A DNA stretch of 64,000 nt from Azolla caroliniana (lineage: Eukaryota; Plantae; Polypodiophyta): positions 8,680,001 to 8,744,000 of the forward strand of contig JBHGNT010000018.1 in the NCBI GenBank assembly GCA_043228905.1, read 5' to 3'. The position numbers and the translations under genes were made by a program. How positions within the stretch are numbered: position 1 is the first letter of the stretch; each line of letters starts with the position of its first letter. The notes under the pieces were generated by a model. It worked only from the letters and a program-made list of their open reading frames with translations. It was not told the DNA's origin and made no database searches. Shown one piece after another: positions 49,806-64,000 of this stretch.

Positions 49806-52700
49806 AGTTTCGGATTGATCCATTTGGCAATGTGTTACAGTGGGCTGCCCCTCCCTTTACTCCTCTTGCGTGGGATGTGGACCATTGGTTTCCTCTGTCA
49901 AGTAAGTGTGAAATACAAACCAAATCGCATTAACGAAGAAGAAGAAGAAGAAGAAGAAGAAGCAGATTATTTACTTCTGGTGCATTCCATCTTCTGATAC
50001 ATTCTTAGAGCTTTGTTTCTGGTTTTCTTACTATTTAGGGGGAGGTAAAACAGTGGCGAGAAACCTTAGGTTAATCCAATGGCAAGTTCGTGAGCAGAAA
50101 GGCCAGAGGCTTGAGTTCCTCATGCCTTGGTGGGATTTCCAATTGGGCATCTCAGTAAACCAGTTTCTTCTCATTTATGCATCTAAGAATGCTGATTTCA
50201 GGTCAGTGGTCCTATTCATAGAAACATTAAGCTTTCTGCTACTTGTTGCTTATGCTTTGATTTTCCATGGCCATGGATTGATATAGGGCCACTGTGTTGT
50301 TAATTAATTCCAGGCACAGGGCCTTCTCATGGATCTATGGTAGTGATCATCATCATCATCATCATCATGAGATTAAGCATAGCTGGCCTGCTCACTTCAA
50401 AAGAAGAGCTGAACAACATGGATATGCAGCTGCCGGAATCGTAAATCTATCCGAGATCCAGAACAAATCGCAACCCGATTCTAATGCCTGGCCATGTGAA
50501 GTAAATAGTAATGTATGCATTTCTATAAAATGCATGAATCCTCCGAATCCTCTTTAGTTTTAATCTATACCCCAAAGTTTATTTGCACATTTTGTGGAAG
50601 ATTTTGATGTTGGTAAACGGTCTCTCGTAAATAAATCTCTGCAGAGAGAAGATGGTGAGAGGAAGGCTATGATATTGAATGCAATTGAAGTTCAACAAAA
50701 ACAAGAGGAGGTCTCCTTGATCGAGAAAGAGTTGAAGGTAATGAAAGACCGGAATGAGAGGGAGAGCGTGGCTCTCGAAGAGCTCGAGAACACTCTAGCG
50801 AGGCACAAAAAGCAATTAGAAAAGCAACGGATGTGGTCTGAAACACAATCGCATTATCGCCAATGCCTCGAGCGTGTAATCCGAGACACCTTACACCAGT
50901 AAGTAAACTCATTTCTGCAATAATATCATATACTATGTATATATAATGCATTGATCTCTAGCTAAAACCTAATTTGTTTTGATGATTTAATGTAGGAATA
51001 TTATATATAGAGAGCAAGCAAGGATTAACCAAGCGGCATGTGGTGCTTTGCTCGCCAAAATTCAATCCCACAAGGTAAATGCCGAAGACGTTGAAATCAA
51101 TCTCATCAAACAGTTGAAGCATCGGGAGGCCCTTGAGGTACTTGCGGCACAACCTGACTCGGAATTGTCTGCCCATACAAATCTTCTTGTAGATCAAGAT
51201 GGATTCGACACAGGTCTCCGAGGTTTAACTGACCCACCAAACATGGTTACTGACAAAATACTAGGAGTGGACAAAGTTGGTGATGGTAAAGGTGAAGAGA
51301 AATGCTCGATAGATGTTCTGGTGAAGAGAAGCTCGGATGTCAATAGCATGGATGCTTCCTCGAAGCTGCCAATGATGGACACCATCATGGAAGAGGAAGA
51401 TTGTATAGAAGAAGCAAAATTGGGAGGTGAATCCCAAAGTGTATCTCCATTGAAGAGGAAGGTAGTATCAGATCCTGATGTGAGACATGGCTTTCAACGA
51501 CAAAGGATCGAATCCAATGGTCAGATCTATGGTCGAGATGAGTCGCTAAATGATGTGAAGGTCTCTCATGTAAAGGTGAGAAGAGAAGGGCAACAACTTG
51601 AGGATGTTCTTCAAGAGGCATTGACTCTTAAGAGTAGCCAACAACTACGCGATGCCGATGGCTATGGTGACACTAACAGCTTTTTTGTAAGCAGAAATGG
51701 CACATCCGGATTGGAGACAGAGGAACAAAGAACAAATAGGTTAGGGAAATCAAATGTGGAGAAATGGTTGCACCGGCTCCTCCTTAATACCAGTGCTTCA
51801 GACGAGCCATCACATGATAGTCATGAAGAGAGACGACTCTCTGATGCTGCTGTTGGGTCGAAGAAAGATCGTTATCTAGATGTGAAGAAACATGAAGATG
51901 CCGACAGCATGAGAAATGAACTAGAGAAGCCGAGGAAGGTATTAGATGGGCTCTTCCGGATGGTCAGTTTCAGACATGATCACGTGAGAAAGCTCAAGAC
52001 ATCCAAAGAGAGAATGAGAAGTGGTTATGATGATAATGTGATGAGGGACGGAGGCTCGCATAATGAAGCTGAGGAAATCCATTGTATGCAGGAAAATGTC
52101 GAAGTATTGGATGACTTGAGCGAAGCGTGCAATGACTCTATTTGTGATGTGGTTCCTAGTGACATAGACTTTGTGAAGAAAATGAAAGATCTGAGAGAAG
52201 TGGAGAAGAAGAAGAGGAGTTGCTCAACAACCTCACAACAATCTCAACCACGGCATTCGCATCATCAAGAAATTAAGGGCGATGACACTGAAGGTCTGCG
52301 AGCATTTACTGCGATCGAGAATCTGAACCTGACAAACATGAAGAGCTTCCCGTCGGAATCGAAACGTGGTGCTTGTCAAGATCAGCTGAAGAGAAGCTTG
52401 AGCATGAGGGCTCTCACAACCAACTCAGGTGAGAGATGCAAGGACATGGCAATGCACACAAGGAGGGGCTCTGACATGTTCACATCTTCATGGTTGTCAT
52501 CATCAATCCTAGAGGAAAATGATGACCATGACCATGATCATGATCCCATGGCGTCTATACTTCAACCTTCATGGTCAATGAGAGGAGAAAAAGAGGATGG
52601 TCATAACAAAAGCACTAGTGGTGGCCTCAAGGCTTCCTTGAGAACATGTACAAAAGCAGTGAAGCATGCTGTCTCAAAGAGAAGGTCCAACAAATTATGA
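49806..52700 (+). CDS. Plant HNH-endonuclease-like domain plus coiled-coil protein; exons ~49806-49901, 50039-50201, 50314-~50512, ~50601-50898, 50996-52700; first coding exon (~49580-49664) unresolved
   Basis: Spliced EFRIDPFGNVL...AWDVDHWFPLS|RGGKTVARNLRLIQW...LEFLMPWWDFQLGISVNQFL, then a coiled coil and EQARINQAA and GKSNVEKWL motifs that I recall from a conserved plant family. Confidence 0.78.
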
Positions 52701-54997
52701 CACTACTGTTAAGGAGACAATGATATATAAGCTCCATATAAAATCTTCTAACCTCCTAGTGGGTAGTTGTGTTCTATTGTTAGATTGTTCTTTTTTGACA
52801 CACGATCCAAATGTAGTTTTCTAGGGGATCAATTGTCGTAAATTGTTGATAAATGTGCAAATGGAACTTGGGCTTGGGTTGGAACACTAGTTACATACAT
52901 ACATCATGAAGCAATGGTGTGTGATAAGTGAGAAATCTTTTTTTTAATTTTCACAATGGAGGAAATGGAAAAGCAAAACTCATGACTGGACAATGACATC
53001 TTCATTTGGGGGAGATCAAATTGGCGATCATGCTTCGTTGAACCATGTGTCTTTTGTTAAATCTGAGACAAAACAATTATCATTTACAGATTTATTTAAG
53101 TGAGAGTTCTAATAAATGCTATTTGCCTATGATCTAACTTTACAGATATATCGTCACCTGCAAAGCAAGACAATGTTAGATATAAACCTTCGTGTATAAT
53201 GATAGGCCACATGAAGTCTATTTATTGCACTACAAATATTGTGACATGAAGTTTGTCCCTTCTTTGGATAATTGTGTTTAGCTTTTTGCGACATCCATCC
53301 ATTGAGTTAATGACTTACTAGATAGTCTCTCCATTGTCTCTACATTATGTCCAAACAAAACCAAACTTTCAGTTGTATACAGTAATATCGAGTAAATGTT
53401 GCTTAAGAGTCAAGAAGGTAAAGGAATGCCATGCCACTTTTTCAAATCATAGATTCCACTCCAACCTTCAAATGATTAAATTTCCCAGAAATTATTATGA
53501 GGTACCGTGGAATATAATTTTTGAAATCTAGCATGCAACTATGAGCATGAATATTTTAGTTGCAGCAATTGTATAACAAAAACAGATGTAGTAGTATAAT
53601 TGGAAATAAAATTAGCTTTGCAATCTTCGTATCATCTACCAACCCATCAATTTTTTGTTGACCTATAGTAGACTTCAACAATTGTAATATTATGGTTGAT
53701 CCCACCATGATAGCTCAAGTAACAACGTAGATTTTCTTGCATCACCACCTTTACATAGAGCCTTAATGCAATTCTGTCATGAATCCTCACAAACACTTCT
53801 TTAATGGAGATCGTACACACTAGAGTTAGCTCCGAAAATTTGACTTGGCAACATTTACATTTTTTCCCACCATAGGACTCAACGAAGTACTAAGGGATTA
53901 GTGTATGATTGGATTGATAGACTCATCACAAAAAGCAGACTCAGATGTCCAACAGATGTTGCATTCTACAAATAAACGATGAGTGAGTAATGATCCATGT
54001 TTTGTATTTAGATGATTTGGCAATTCTCACGAGAAACATTGAGGTCAATCTATAAACTAGATAAGTAGACGTTCTAAATAGGGTTGGGGGTGTGTGTATA
54101 AAGGGATCAATAATTTTACTTAAAATTTCGATATAATCAAAACCTTATTCCATAAGAGAGTGAAAGGGTAATTGTATTAGTTGTGAGAATGTTTTGTCTC
54201 AAAAAATTCAAAGTTCTATAACACATGTACATACAAGGGTTTTGGATAATTATGCTTCATCTAGTCACACTCAAGCTCACACCTGTTTTAAAATTAAACA
54301 AGGGATATGGCCTGTTGCTCTTGATGCCCGATGATAAGAAGTAGTTAATCACTTCCAATAAGATTGCTTTAGACCATTGATGCACGTGTAAATTTTTTTT
54401 TAGAGGTATAGATTATTTTACTGAATGGAGGAGCTATTCTAGAAGATAATGCTGGTATAATCGGATCCATGGCGCATGACAAACAACAATACAAATGTGA
54501 AAATTACAAAAATAGAACCCATCTGTGGAGAATGCTCCTGCACCTCAGTGCATGTGCCATTGCGACTTCTTGTATTTATTCTGGACAAAAAACTGAGTGA
54601 GAAGGCAACAAGAGAAACACAAACAATAGGAAAGTGAGAAGGCATATGGTTGCAAAACTGAGAAAACAAGTTTTTTGTTTGTTACCCTAATATGTACAAC
54701 TGCTTTGGTTTAAAAAAAAAAAACTCTGTAAAAGAGGTAATATCCACAAGCCTCTTAAAGCGCAAGGGGGCAATGTAGAGGATAGTCACACAATATTTAT
54801 TCAATGTGTTTTTCTTAACTCTTAATGGGAGGGAAGGCAGTGCAAGCCCAATTTATTTTTGCACTCTTTTAAGTTACCAAGTGCCGAATCCGCAGAGCCC
54901 CACTCTATATGATAGGCTTAGTCGAAATGGAACAGAACATGACCAAACACACAAACACGAATCCAAACCCAAACACAAACCCCCATATGAGCTCTAC

Positions 54998-56533
54998 TTA
55001 TTTGCTCCAAAATGAAGCCCTAGCGATAGAGGCTAAAGCCACTCCCGCAGCTGCAATGGCTAGGCCAGCAAAGATCAGTGGACGGTTCATAAAGTGGAAG
55101 CTCGATTGCTCCTTGTTGTTTGCTAGATCCTGCAATCAATGATTTGCCAAGTGAGATTAGAGACAAAGGCTTGTAGTTTTTCCTCTTCCACTTTATGTTT
55201 TCATTACTGTATAGTAAGCCCATTAGCTATTTGATGGACACTGACTACTTGGGCCTGCTCAAGGGGTTAGCTAACCCTTTCTATTTGCCATAGTTCAAAC
55301 ACTAGGTCTATGTTTAAACCACAGCCATCCCAATTCCGGCCAACCAAATGACCATCCACAGAGCTACTCCATAAACACATGTTTATGCATCACAAGCACA
55401 TGAATACAAAGCTCTATCGATGTATAGTGTATCTATTTATCTATATATGTATGTGTATATATATATATCGGACTAAACCTATGTCTATGGCCATAGCATA
55501 ACTAATCAAGACTATGGCTATTCACAGCTAATGGACATACCTTTGACCTTATTGACTCCATTAAAGGAACAAGTATCCATAGCTACAGTATGATTACGCA
55601 GCAATGGCTGGTACTTAGTTTTCTATATATAAGACTCAACCCTACATCTATGTCCTAACCATAATTAATCAGGATTTGGATCATCCACAAGCTTGCGACC
55701 ACATATATTGGCCTAATTGACTTCACTAAAAAATAGTAACGCGTAGCAATGTGATGATTCAGAATGAATGGTAGCTCTCTTAATCTGTCTAATCTAGGAT
55801 TATTTCCCAACCATAGAAAATCAATATTATGTATGGCCAACCATATTTCCGCCTACAATCTAATGGTGATATCTATTGGCCTATTCAACTACAGTATGAC
55901 ATGAGTACAGTGGACGATTCAGAATACCTTTTCTTCCTCTACTGAATTGTTGTTCGAAGTTTGGACATATTGAAAATAATTCTTTCCACTGGCAGATAGA
56001 TCATAAGGACCCTCTTCTTCTTTCTCGATTTTTTGTCCTTGAGAAACTTCAGCTTCTCCTGGAATTTTGACATGTTCAGAAACTTCTTTTTCTTCACTTT
56101 CTTTTACATCAACAGATGCTTCAGAAAACTGAGAAGAAGGATTCTTCTCCTCCACTTCATTTTCTTTTGCATTAACAGACTCATTACGAGCTTGCGAAGG
56201 ATTCATCTCTTGGATATCTGCTTCTACTTCTTCTTTCATTTCTTTATCGACGTTAGGCTTCTTCACAGGTTCAGAGCTAACCTCATGACGCAAAGATGTC
56301 TTCACTGCTTCTATATCTCCTTCTGAAGACGTCTTGAACACGCCAACAGCTTCTTCTGAAGATGTGTTCACCACGTCCATAGCGTCTCCTTTCTGATCAT
56401 CTGTTCGGGAATCTTCTTCTTCTTCTTCTTCTGTAGGCGCAGGGGTTCCGTCACTGCTCGCCATGTCTTTCTCTTCAGTAACGAGGAGGCCAGAGACTGC
56501 GACCGTTTCCTCCATTGATGGAGAAGTTGCCAT
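54998..56533 (-). CDS. Unknown Glu/Ser-rich protein with a C-terminal transmembrane anchor; exons 56533-55928 and 55129-54998, possible 42-nt middle exon ~55582-55541
   Basis: 202-codon first exon ending AAG|GTA; phase-0 acceptor TGCAG|GAT; last exon DLANNKEQSSFHFMNRPLIFAGLAIAAAGVALASIARASFWSK*. Confidence 0.62.
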
Positions 56534-58513
56534 ACATAGATAGTTCAAAGCTAGATAGATGATGATGAAGAAGAAGAAGCAGCTTAATGAAGAATACATA
56601 TGTACATACATACATGATACATATATAGAACTTAGAAGAATACACACACATTCATACATACATTCATACATACATACTGATACATACATACATAATACAT
56701 ACATACATACACACGCACACATGCACACACATAGTCTCTTTGTGCGTTTCCTTGGGTTGAATTCATATGAAGAGATCATACTTGACTATCACGAATGCCA
56801 GAAGACATCTGTCGCTCTCCTCAGTTCCGCCATCGACCTTTCCTCCTCACTCTTCTACTGCATCATGCCATGTGCTGGCTCTTACGAAGGATGGTTCTTT
56901 GACATCTGCACGTTGGAGACGAATACTGTTAACAATTGAGTGATTGTTGCATCACATGTTGCAAGCGAGCTGTAACTCATGTGTTGAGTTTTTGTTGTGA
57001 ATGTATTTAGGGTAGCCATTGCATGTGTGAGCTCATATATGGGTCTCATGGATCAAGACTCAAGGTTGGCTTTGCTCTAGTGTGTTTCCTTGCTTAAAGT
57101 ATGAAAGTGGGGATCACAATTTATGCTCATATGCATGGATTTGATGTCACTCAGGGGCCAAAGCTTAACCAAGTTTTTATTCCGTATGTAAGAGGATAAG
57201 CCAAAATATGAAATTTGAAACTTGTGCATAGGGTAAAGCTCAATGATGGGCGAGTCACAAGAGTGTTACCTTGGAGTAAATCTGGATGTGTGATGTGACC
57301 TAATTGTTGTTATAATGTACATAAAGAGTGGTACCTTGGAGTTTTGTGGGCATGTTGAAGACCATCATATACATTTTGGCCAAAAGGCCACTACTTTTAG
57401 GTATAGGTATCTACTTACTTTAGGTAGTCGGTTTGAAAAACTATGTAAGTAGTCTCATTTTCTTGATCTTGATCTGAGGGAGATTCCCCGTTTTGTGTAT
57501 AAGCTTCCTTGTATAGTCTCATTGTAATAATCCTTCCTAACTAATGGGAAAGTAGCTTTATTTTGGAAAAAGAAGAAGAAGCACACATTACGTGTTGGTT
57601 CATCAGATACTCCATAGTATGGAACTATGTACTCTGGATCGCTTTATGGGGTTTGAGGGTGGGCTAACATGATGAACAACATACATATATGAGTCGTAAT
57701 ATATGTGGAGTGTGGTTATATAGTACTCATACATCAAAGCTATGGGTATATTTGAGGTCCTCTATAAATAATTAAAGGTATTTCTTGCTTAGTGCTTCAT
57801 AAAAACAATGTAAGACAATCATTCATAGGCGATTTCACAATTAAGGTTTGCGCATCAAAAACTTAGGGACGGGGAAATTATTAACAATTTATAAGCGGGC
57901 AATGGAATTTGTGTGCATATATGTATATTATTGTTTGAAAGGCATAAGAATATACATGGATATATAGAATATTAAGACCTTGATCCTTAACCTAGGCTAT
58001 TGCATAATATATTTTCTCCATTTCATAAGTTGTTACTCATGAAAGCCTCATGTATGCCTAAAATATGGATACATGTTACACATATTTATCATTTTGCAGT
58101 TCATGGAAATTCTATAGGCAAATTTTAAATGGTAAGACAAATAGTTGAAATATCAAATAATTGAATATTTATTCTCATGACAATAAACTAGAGATCTCAA
58201 AGAAGATTGGATCCAATTGACCAAAATGACTACGCATAAAAGAGTTTCATGTTTGCGTGTTGACTTTGTTGGATGGATCCCATGTTTTTCCCTTTGGACT
58301 ATTGGGGGTTTTCTTTAGGAAGTTGAGTAATGTAATTTTATTGTGCATATCAATGTTTGTTCATTTGTATTGTTTTGTATGGATCTTGTCACATGTAGTT
58401 ATGTGTGTGCGTGCGCGTGTGCAAGTGTGTTTGTCAACATGTGCGAGTATGTGGATTGCACAAGTGTGTGTGTGTGTGTGAACATGTGCACCATGATGTT
58501 TGAGTGACATAAG

Positions 58514-59037
58514 TAGCAATGGGCCTGGTTCGGTTCGGATTCTTTGCCTTGAAACCAAACCAAAATGAACCAAACCATTTATATAAACAAAAACCAAACC
58601 GAACCAAACCATTTAGGGAAAAGTTGAAACCAAACTGAACTATTTAATAAAAAATTTAAACCTAACCACATTTAAGCTAAACTAATTAAAAAATTAAATA
58701 AAATAAAAATACACTAAATTAAATAAGCATTTATGTTGAATTAATTAATTAATTAATTAAACATTAATTAAGCCATTCAATTAAATAAACATTTAACTTA
58801 AGTGAATTAAATAAATAAATAACATTAATTAAACCATTAAATTATATAAACATTTAAGGGATAAAAAAAGATAGCCCAAAAACCTATAAACAGATAAATC
58901 CATGTTTCAAAACCAAACCGAACCGTTTATTAATATTAAAACCAAACCAACCCATTTAATTATTTTGGAACTTATAAACCTTTAAACTATGGCTTAACGG
59001 TTTGGTTCCATTTGAGCTGAAACTGGGCCCATTGCTA
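58514..59037. mobile_element. Non-autonomous hAT-type MITE
   Basis: TIR TAGCAATGGGCC/GGCCCATTGCTA, 8-bp TSD GACATAAG on both sides, subterminal AAACC(A/G) repeats and an AT-rich core. Confidence 0.93.
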
Positions 59038-59822
59038 GACATAAGGCTAAATGTAATTAGGAACAACTGAATGCAAGGCCAATCCAAATATAAACAAGCA
59101 AGAGCCAATAAGGAGAGAGCAAGAGAAAAGCTAAGGGTTACAAACCATAGGGAAAGGCAAAGGAATAGAAGGCGAGATAGAAGCTAGTGACACATAATCA
59201 TAAAGTACCAAGCATGACCATGAGTGCTTTGAATATCATACTACATTAACATATTGTGAAGTTATTGTTAACGCCATTGAACTTTGTAACAAACTAGAGA
59301 ATAAATTTTATGGAGAATCAAGTGTATATGCAATTGAATATTTTAACCCGACCATCTGCAATAACTCGTCTATAAATTTCTAGCATGGCTAAACCCTGAA
59401 AATTGGTTATAAGATTCAGAAGCAAAAGCTAAAATATCTAAAACCCAACGTGTGTGCATTGCTAAGACTTCTACAATTACAAATACAAGGTGATCAATCC
59501 ATTTGAGGGTGAGCGCTGAGCTCATGAGTGGATGATACTTTAGGAGAGACCCTATGTGCTCATGAATGGAGATAGGTTTGTTGTAGTAGGGTTTAGGGCT
59601 TGCACATTCATTGCATGAATCAATTTTAAATTCACAATTTGTTGAAGCAAGAGAGGTAGTGAGTGAGATCTTTATATTGAAAGCTGGGCTGAGAGTGTGA
59701 GAGAGATGTTTATAAATTTCAATATGCTACCTCTTGTTGAAGGTTTACTTGAATGCACCACAATAGCATGACAACTATTAGAAAAATGCATAGAAAGTGG
59801 AGATTTTTAAGCGATTTTCCAT

Positions 59823-61999
59823 TGTTGAGCGGCAAGCTCAACCGGATCCAGATCGGCTGAACAAGCCTGAGTCGGATTGGCATCTAGAAGGATGAGCCGG
59901 ATCGGTGAGCCGGTGAGTAAGTAAGCCGGTGAGCTGGGGAGCCGGTTAGCTGGATCAAGCAGTAACCGGAGGCCAAGTAACAGCTAGTCTACTAGGGAGT
60001 TAATATCTCGTAGTTAGTGTCAGACGCTCGTATGAGCATTGAAGTACACCGTACTTTTGTTAGTTCGTATGGACTTGTATAAAAGTGTTCACTGAACATA
60101 GACTGTGTATAGGCATAGTAGTATTTTTGAATTGAGTTTCTATGTGCTCTCTCTCTCTCTGTCTCTCCCGTGTACTATTAAGCTCTCCATTAAACCTGTT
60201 CTCTGTTTTTTGTTTTCTATTGCTTCCGCACGCTATTTGTTTCTACATGGTATCAGAGCGCGAGGGTTGAGAACCTCTGCAGCCGACATTCGCTTTCACA
60301 AGAAAAAAACCTAACCTTTGTAAAGAACAAAAAAAAAACAAATGGATAGAGGAATGGCTAGCTCACTTCCGGTGGAGAAGCTCGACAGATCCAACTACGC
60401 ATCTTGGTCATACAAGGTGCACTAGTACCTGCTTGGGCATGGTTACTGGATCTATGTTGACGGAGCTAACGACACAACACCTGATGTAGTACACACAGAC
60501 TTCCCGGTGTGGGAACAATCAACAAGCAGAGTGATGTACTGCTTTGCGTCCAGTGTCGGAGACCAGTTGCTGAGCCACATCCGAGATGCCAAGACGCCGA
60601 AAGAGGCTTGGGGAAACCTGAAGAAGGTGTTCACTGCAAGCACTACAACCCGGAAGCTGCAACTCCGACAGGAGTTGAGCAATGTCCGACAGAAGGACAT
60701 GTCGGTGGCTGATTACACGGCTTGAATCAAAGAGATCCGTGACTCGCTTGCCTCTATCAACGTTACAGTAGAGGAAGACGAGATGGTACAGGTCTGTCTT
60801 GGGGGCCTGACGTATAAGTTTCGAGCTTTCCGAACAACAGTATGTATGAGGGAGAATACGCCATCATTTTTCGACTTACAGTCGATGCTCATTGTAGAGG
60901 AGAACCATGCCGGTATGTCAACAAGTGCACCCACCGACAACCGAATGTTGTACACGGAGGTAGATCGGCCCCCCGTGGGTGTGGTGGACGAGGCGGCCGA
61001 CAAGGGCAAGACCGACGGCACAGAGACCATGTCGACAGCAGTTCCGAGACCTCCACAACCAGGGGGAGTCAAGGCGGCGCCGGAAGCCGGCAAGACAAAT
61101 CCGCCACGGAATGTTGGTACTGTGGTAAAAAGGGCCACAGAGAAAGCGAGCGCTGGAAGAAGCGCGCCGATTCGGACAAATCCGAATCTGGCAGAGAGAA
61201 TCGGCAATATTCACACTATGTAGAAGGATCCAAAACTGGAAAAGCCGGTAAAGGGCCAACCTTGGTGATGAAACACGAGGCTAACTCGATGAAGAAGACC
61301 ACATCCAAATCGGAGGAACTGTGGTACGTTGATTTCGGTGCGTCGAACCACATGACGAGCCATAAAGAGTGGTTCTCCTTCTTGGAGAAACCGGAACAAC
61401 CAGGAGTCGTCGAAACCGGAGACGACACTCCACACCCAATCGTGCATATCGGAGAAGTCCCTTTGAGCCATGTAGGACATAGGGGGAAACTGATGAATGT
61501 ATTATACGTTCCGACTATCACGAAGAACCTGGTGTCGGTGGGACAGATCGTCGACCAAGGAATGCAGGTGCGGTTTACGCACCTCGGGTGCTTCATCGAG
61601 GAAGAGGGCCAGATTATCGCGCAAGGGCGTAGAGATGGGAGGATGTTCATCCTCGACACCAATGATGTCGGCACCGCCTTGTTCGCCAAAGGATAGAAGG
61701 TCAAATCAGACATTGACCTGTGGCACAAGTGGATTGGCCACGTCAATTACCAGAGGCTTCAAGAACTGCAGACGAAACAAGTTGTTTTCGGTTTTCTGAA
61801 GTTTAGTGGCCGGAAGGCCCATGTATGTGAAGCCTGCCAACTTGGGAAGCAGCACTGGCTTCCATTCCCCACCGAACGAAATCGTAGTCGTAACAAGCTC
61901 GACCTTATTCATTCAGATGTATGGGGACCAACACAGAACGCGAGTCTTGGCGGGAGTCGATACTTCGTCTCCTTCATCGACGACTATAGCCGGCACACA
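59823..61999 (+). mobile_element. Copia-3 (related to Copia-1): 5' LTR 59823-60247, PBS 60248-60259, disrupted gag-protease-integrase from ~60342
   Basis: TG...CA LTR, TGGTATCAGAGC, EKLDRSNYASW, CWYCGKKGHRESE, WYVDFGASNHMT, IHSDVWGP; interrupted at 62000. Confidence 0.9.
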
Positions 62000-64000
62000 T
62001 GTCTTGACGAGAACGCAACGTTCCTTATGCGCGACGCTCGGCCACAACCGAGCTTAGAATGATACACAGAAAACGGGAAATAAAACACGACAAGAAGAAG
62101 AAGAGAATACACAGGAGGTTTACGTGGAAAACCCCAAACTAGGGGAAAAACCACGGTAGCCCACAGGTTGCAAACTGTCACTATGTAGGAATATACAACA
62201 GTGAGTTCACTGAGGCACCGACCTCGTGCTCACAAATCTTCGCCACAGGCGGCGGTCACAACAGAAGCAACAACCTCTTTCTTTCTCTCTCTCTCTCTCT
62301 GTATAGTTACACACACTAATCTCGTGCAAAAAAGGAAAATGACAACAACAAACAAAAAGTTTGCCCTAAGTCATATTTATACTAATATGACTTTACGGCT
62401 ATTTACAAATATAGCCTCGATGGGCTCTCAGAAACATATTTATGAATATGTCTCTTCCTTCGGTTCTCACCGGGTCTGCACCATCTGGCTCTCCGTAGCC
62501 GGGTACTCCTTATCCGGTTCTCACCGGGCCTGCACCATCCGGCTCTCCGTAGCCGGGTACTCCTCATCCGGTTCACACCGGGTCTGCACCATCCGGCTCT
62601 CCGTAGCTGGGTACTCCTCATCCGGTTCACACCGGGTCTGCACCATCCGGCTCTCCGTAGCCGGGTACTCCTCATCCGGTTTGTTCATCGGCACTGTTCT
62701 TCTCCCTTCCCATCCGGAGGGACCTGTCTCCCAACAAACTCCCCCTTCACTCTGGCATGGGGTGTCTTACCAGTCCGATCCTCTTCCGGCATGCGTCCAG
62801 CTTGTCGGGTGTCAGCACTTTGGTCAGCATATCTGACCCGTTCTCGGCCGTGTGGATCTTCGTCAGTGCGAACTCCTGGTCATCTACTCTTTCTCGGATT
62901 CAGTGATACCTCCGCTGGATATGCTTCGTCCGGGAATGGTAGGCCGCATTCTTAGCAAGGTGGATGGCACTTTGACTGTCGCAATAGAGTCGGTATTCCT
63001 CTTGCCGGATACCGAGCTCTCCGATGAAGTCCTTCATCCATAAAATTTCCCTGCCGGCTTCCACAGCTGCCATGTACTCCGCCTCCGTGGTTGACAATGC
63101 AACCGTCTTCTGCAACCTCGACTGCCACGAAACAGCTCCCCCTGCATATGTCATGACATACCCGGATGTAGACCGGCTGGTATCCACATCAGCCGACATG
63201 TCCGAATCGGTGAAACCGTCCAGTTGAGGTTTTCCGGAGCCGAATCGGAGACACATATTTGAAGTGCCCTTCAAATACCGGAGTATCCATTTGACCGCGT
63301 TCCAGTGCTCCTTGCCAGGATTACTCATGAACCGGCTCACCACTCTGACTCCGTATCCTATATCCGGTCGAGTACAAACCATTGCGTACATCAAGCTCCC
63401 GACGACAGAGGCATATGGAATCTTCATCATATCCGCCTTCTCTGCTTTTGTCTTAGGGCTTTGCTTGCCGGATAGCCTGCAGTTTGCTGGAAGTGTCGAT
63501 CCGACCGGTTTCGCTTCTGACATGTTGAACCGGTGAAGCACCTTTGTCACATACTTCTCCTGTGACAGCCATAATTGCTTCGCTGACCGGTTCCGGATGA
63601 TGTGCATCCCCAACATCTGTCTTGCCAGACCCAAGTCTTTCATTGAGAAGGTCTGGTTGAGAGCCTTCTTCAACATCCGTATTTTGACTTGGTCTCGTCC
63701 GACGATCAACATGTCATCCACGTACAGAAGGAGTATCAGGAAGTCGCCTCCTTCAAACTTCTTCACAAACACGCAGTGATCGGCCTGCGTCTTGTGGTAC
63801 CCTTGATCGGTCATGAAGGAGTCAAACTTCCGGTACCATTGTCGGGGAGCCTGCTTCAGTCCGTACAGGCTCTTCTTCAACCGGCATACCAGGTGCTCCT
63901 TCCCTTTCTCCACGAATCCTTCTGGTTGCTGCATGTAGATCTCCTCTTCGAGGTCGCCGTGAAGGAATGCCATCTTCACGTCCAGCTGCTCTACCTCGAG
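62000..64000 (-). mobile_element. Copia-4 inserted antisense into Copia-3: RT/RNase H, polypurine tract and 3' LTR (62000-62736)
   Basis: Minus ORF with [28 protein letters not shown] and CDSQSAIHL. The plus strand shows ...ccaaca aactccccctt, the LTR edge and PPT complement. Confidence 0.92.
62461..62680. repeat. 54-bp tandem repeat, four copies, inside the Copia-4 LTR
   Basis: Unit cggttcWcaccgggtctgcaccatccggctctccgtagccgggtactcctcatc. Confidence 0.92.

Noticed and set aside
56534-56779. N-terminal 82 aa of ORF 55919..56779
   Set aside because: Microsatellite-derived (TATG/TG) sequence; the ATG at 56533 is the more plausible start.
62201-62836. 211-aa ORF with an 18-aa repeat
   Set aside because: Product of the 54-bp tandem repeat inside the Copia-4 LTR.

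Overview
Eukaryotic, retrotransposon-rich land-plant DNA. The transposon types suggest a non-seed plant such as a fern, but that is inference only. Four spliced host genes can be modelled: a BT1-like mitochondrial-carrier-family transporter (7552-9023 +), VPS55 (23491-24204 +), an HNH-like/coiled-coil protein (~49.8-52.7 kb +) behind a four-copy ACGTGG promoter cluster, and an unknown acidic protein with a C-terminal membrane anchor (54998-56533 -). The rest is nested transposons: six Ty1/Copia pieces (one full-length with both LTRs and a CTAAG TSD), a near-intact chromoviral Ty3/Gypsy, three solo LTRs with TSDs plus two LTR-like remnants, a 5'-truncated LINE and a hAT MITE with an 8-bp TSD. 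Most unusual: (i) a decayed DNA transposon-like locus (~12.8-21.3 kb) pairing a Sola-like DDD transposase with a spliced RING-H2 gene, a degenerate FCP1/NIF phosphatase-like ORF and an array of AGCTAATTAGCT palindromes; (ii) five regularly spaced stem-loops with a conserved apex in the chromovirus leader; (iii) the same chromovirus has TG...TA LTR ends, lacks its 3' end and is flanked by an identical 359-bp target duplication; (iv) tRNA-like modules recur inside different LTRs. All alignments and folds were done by eye and no database searches were run.
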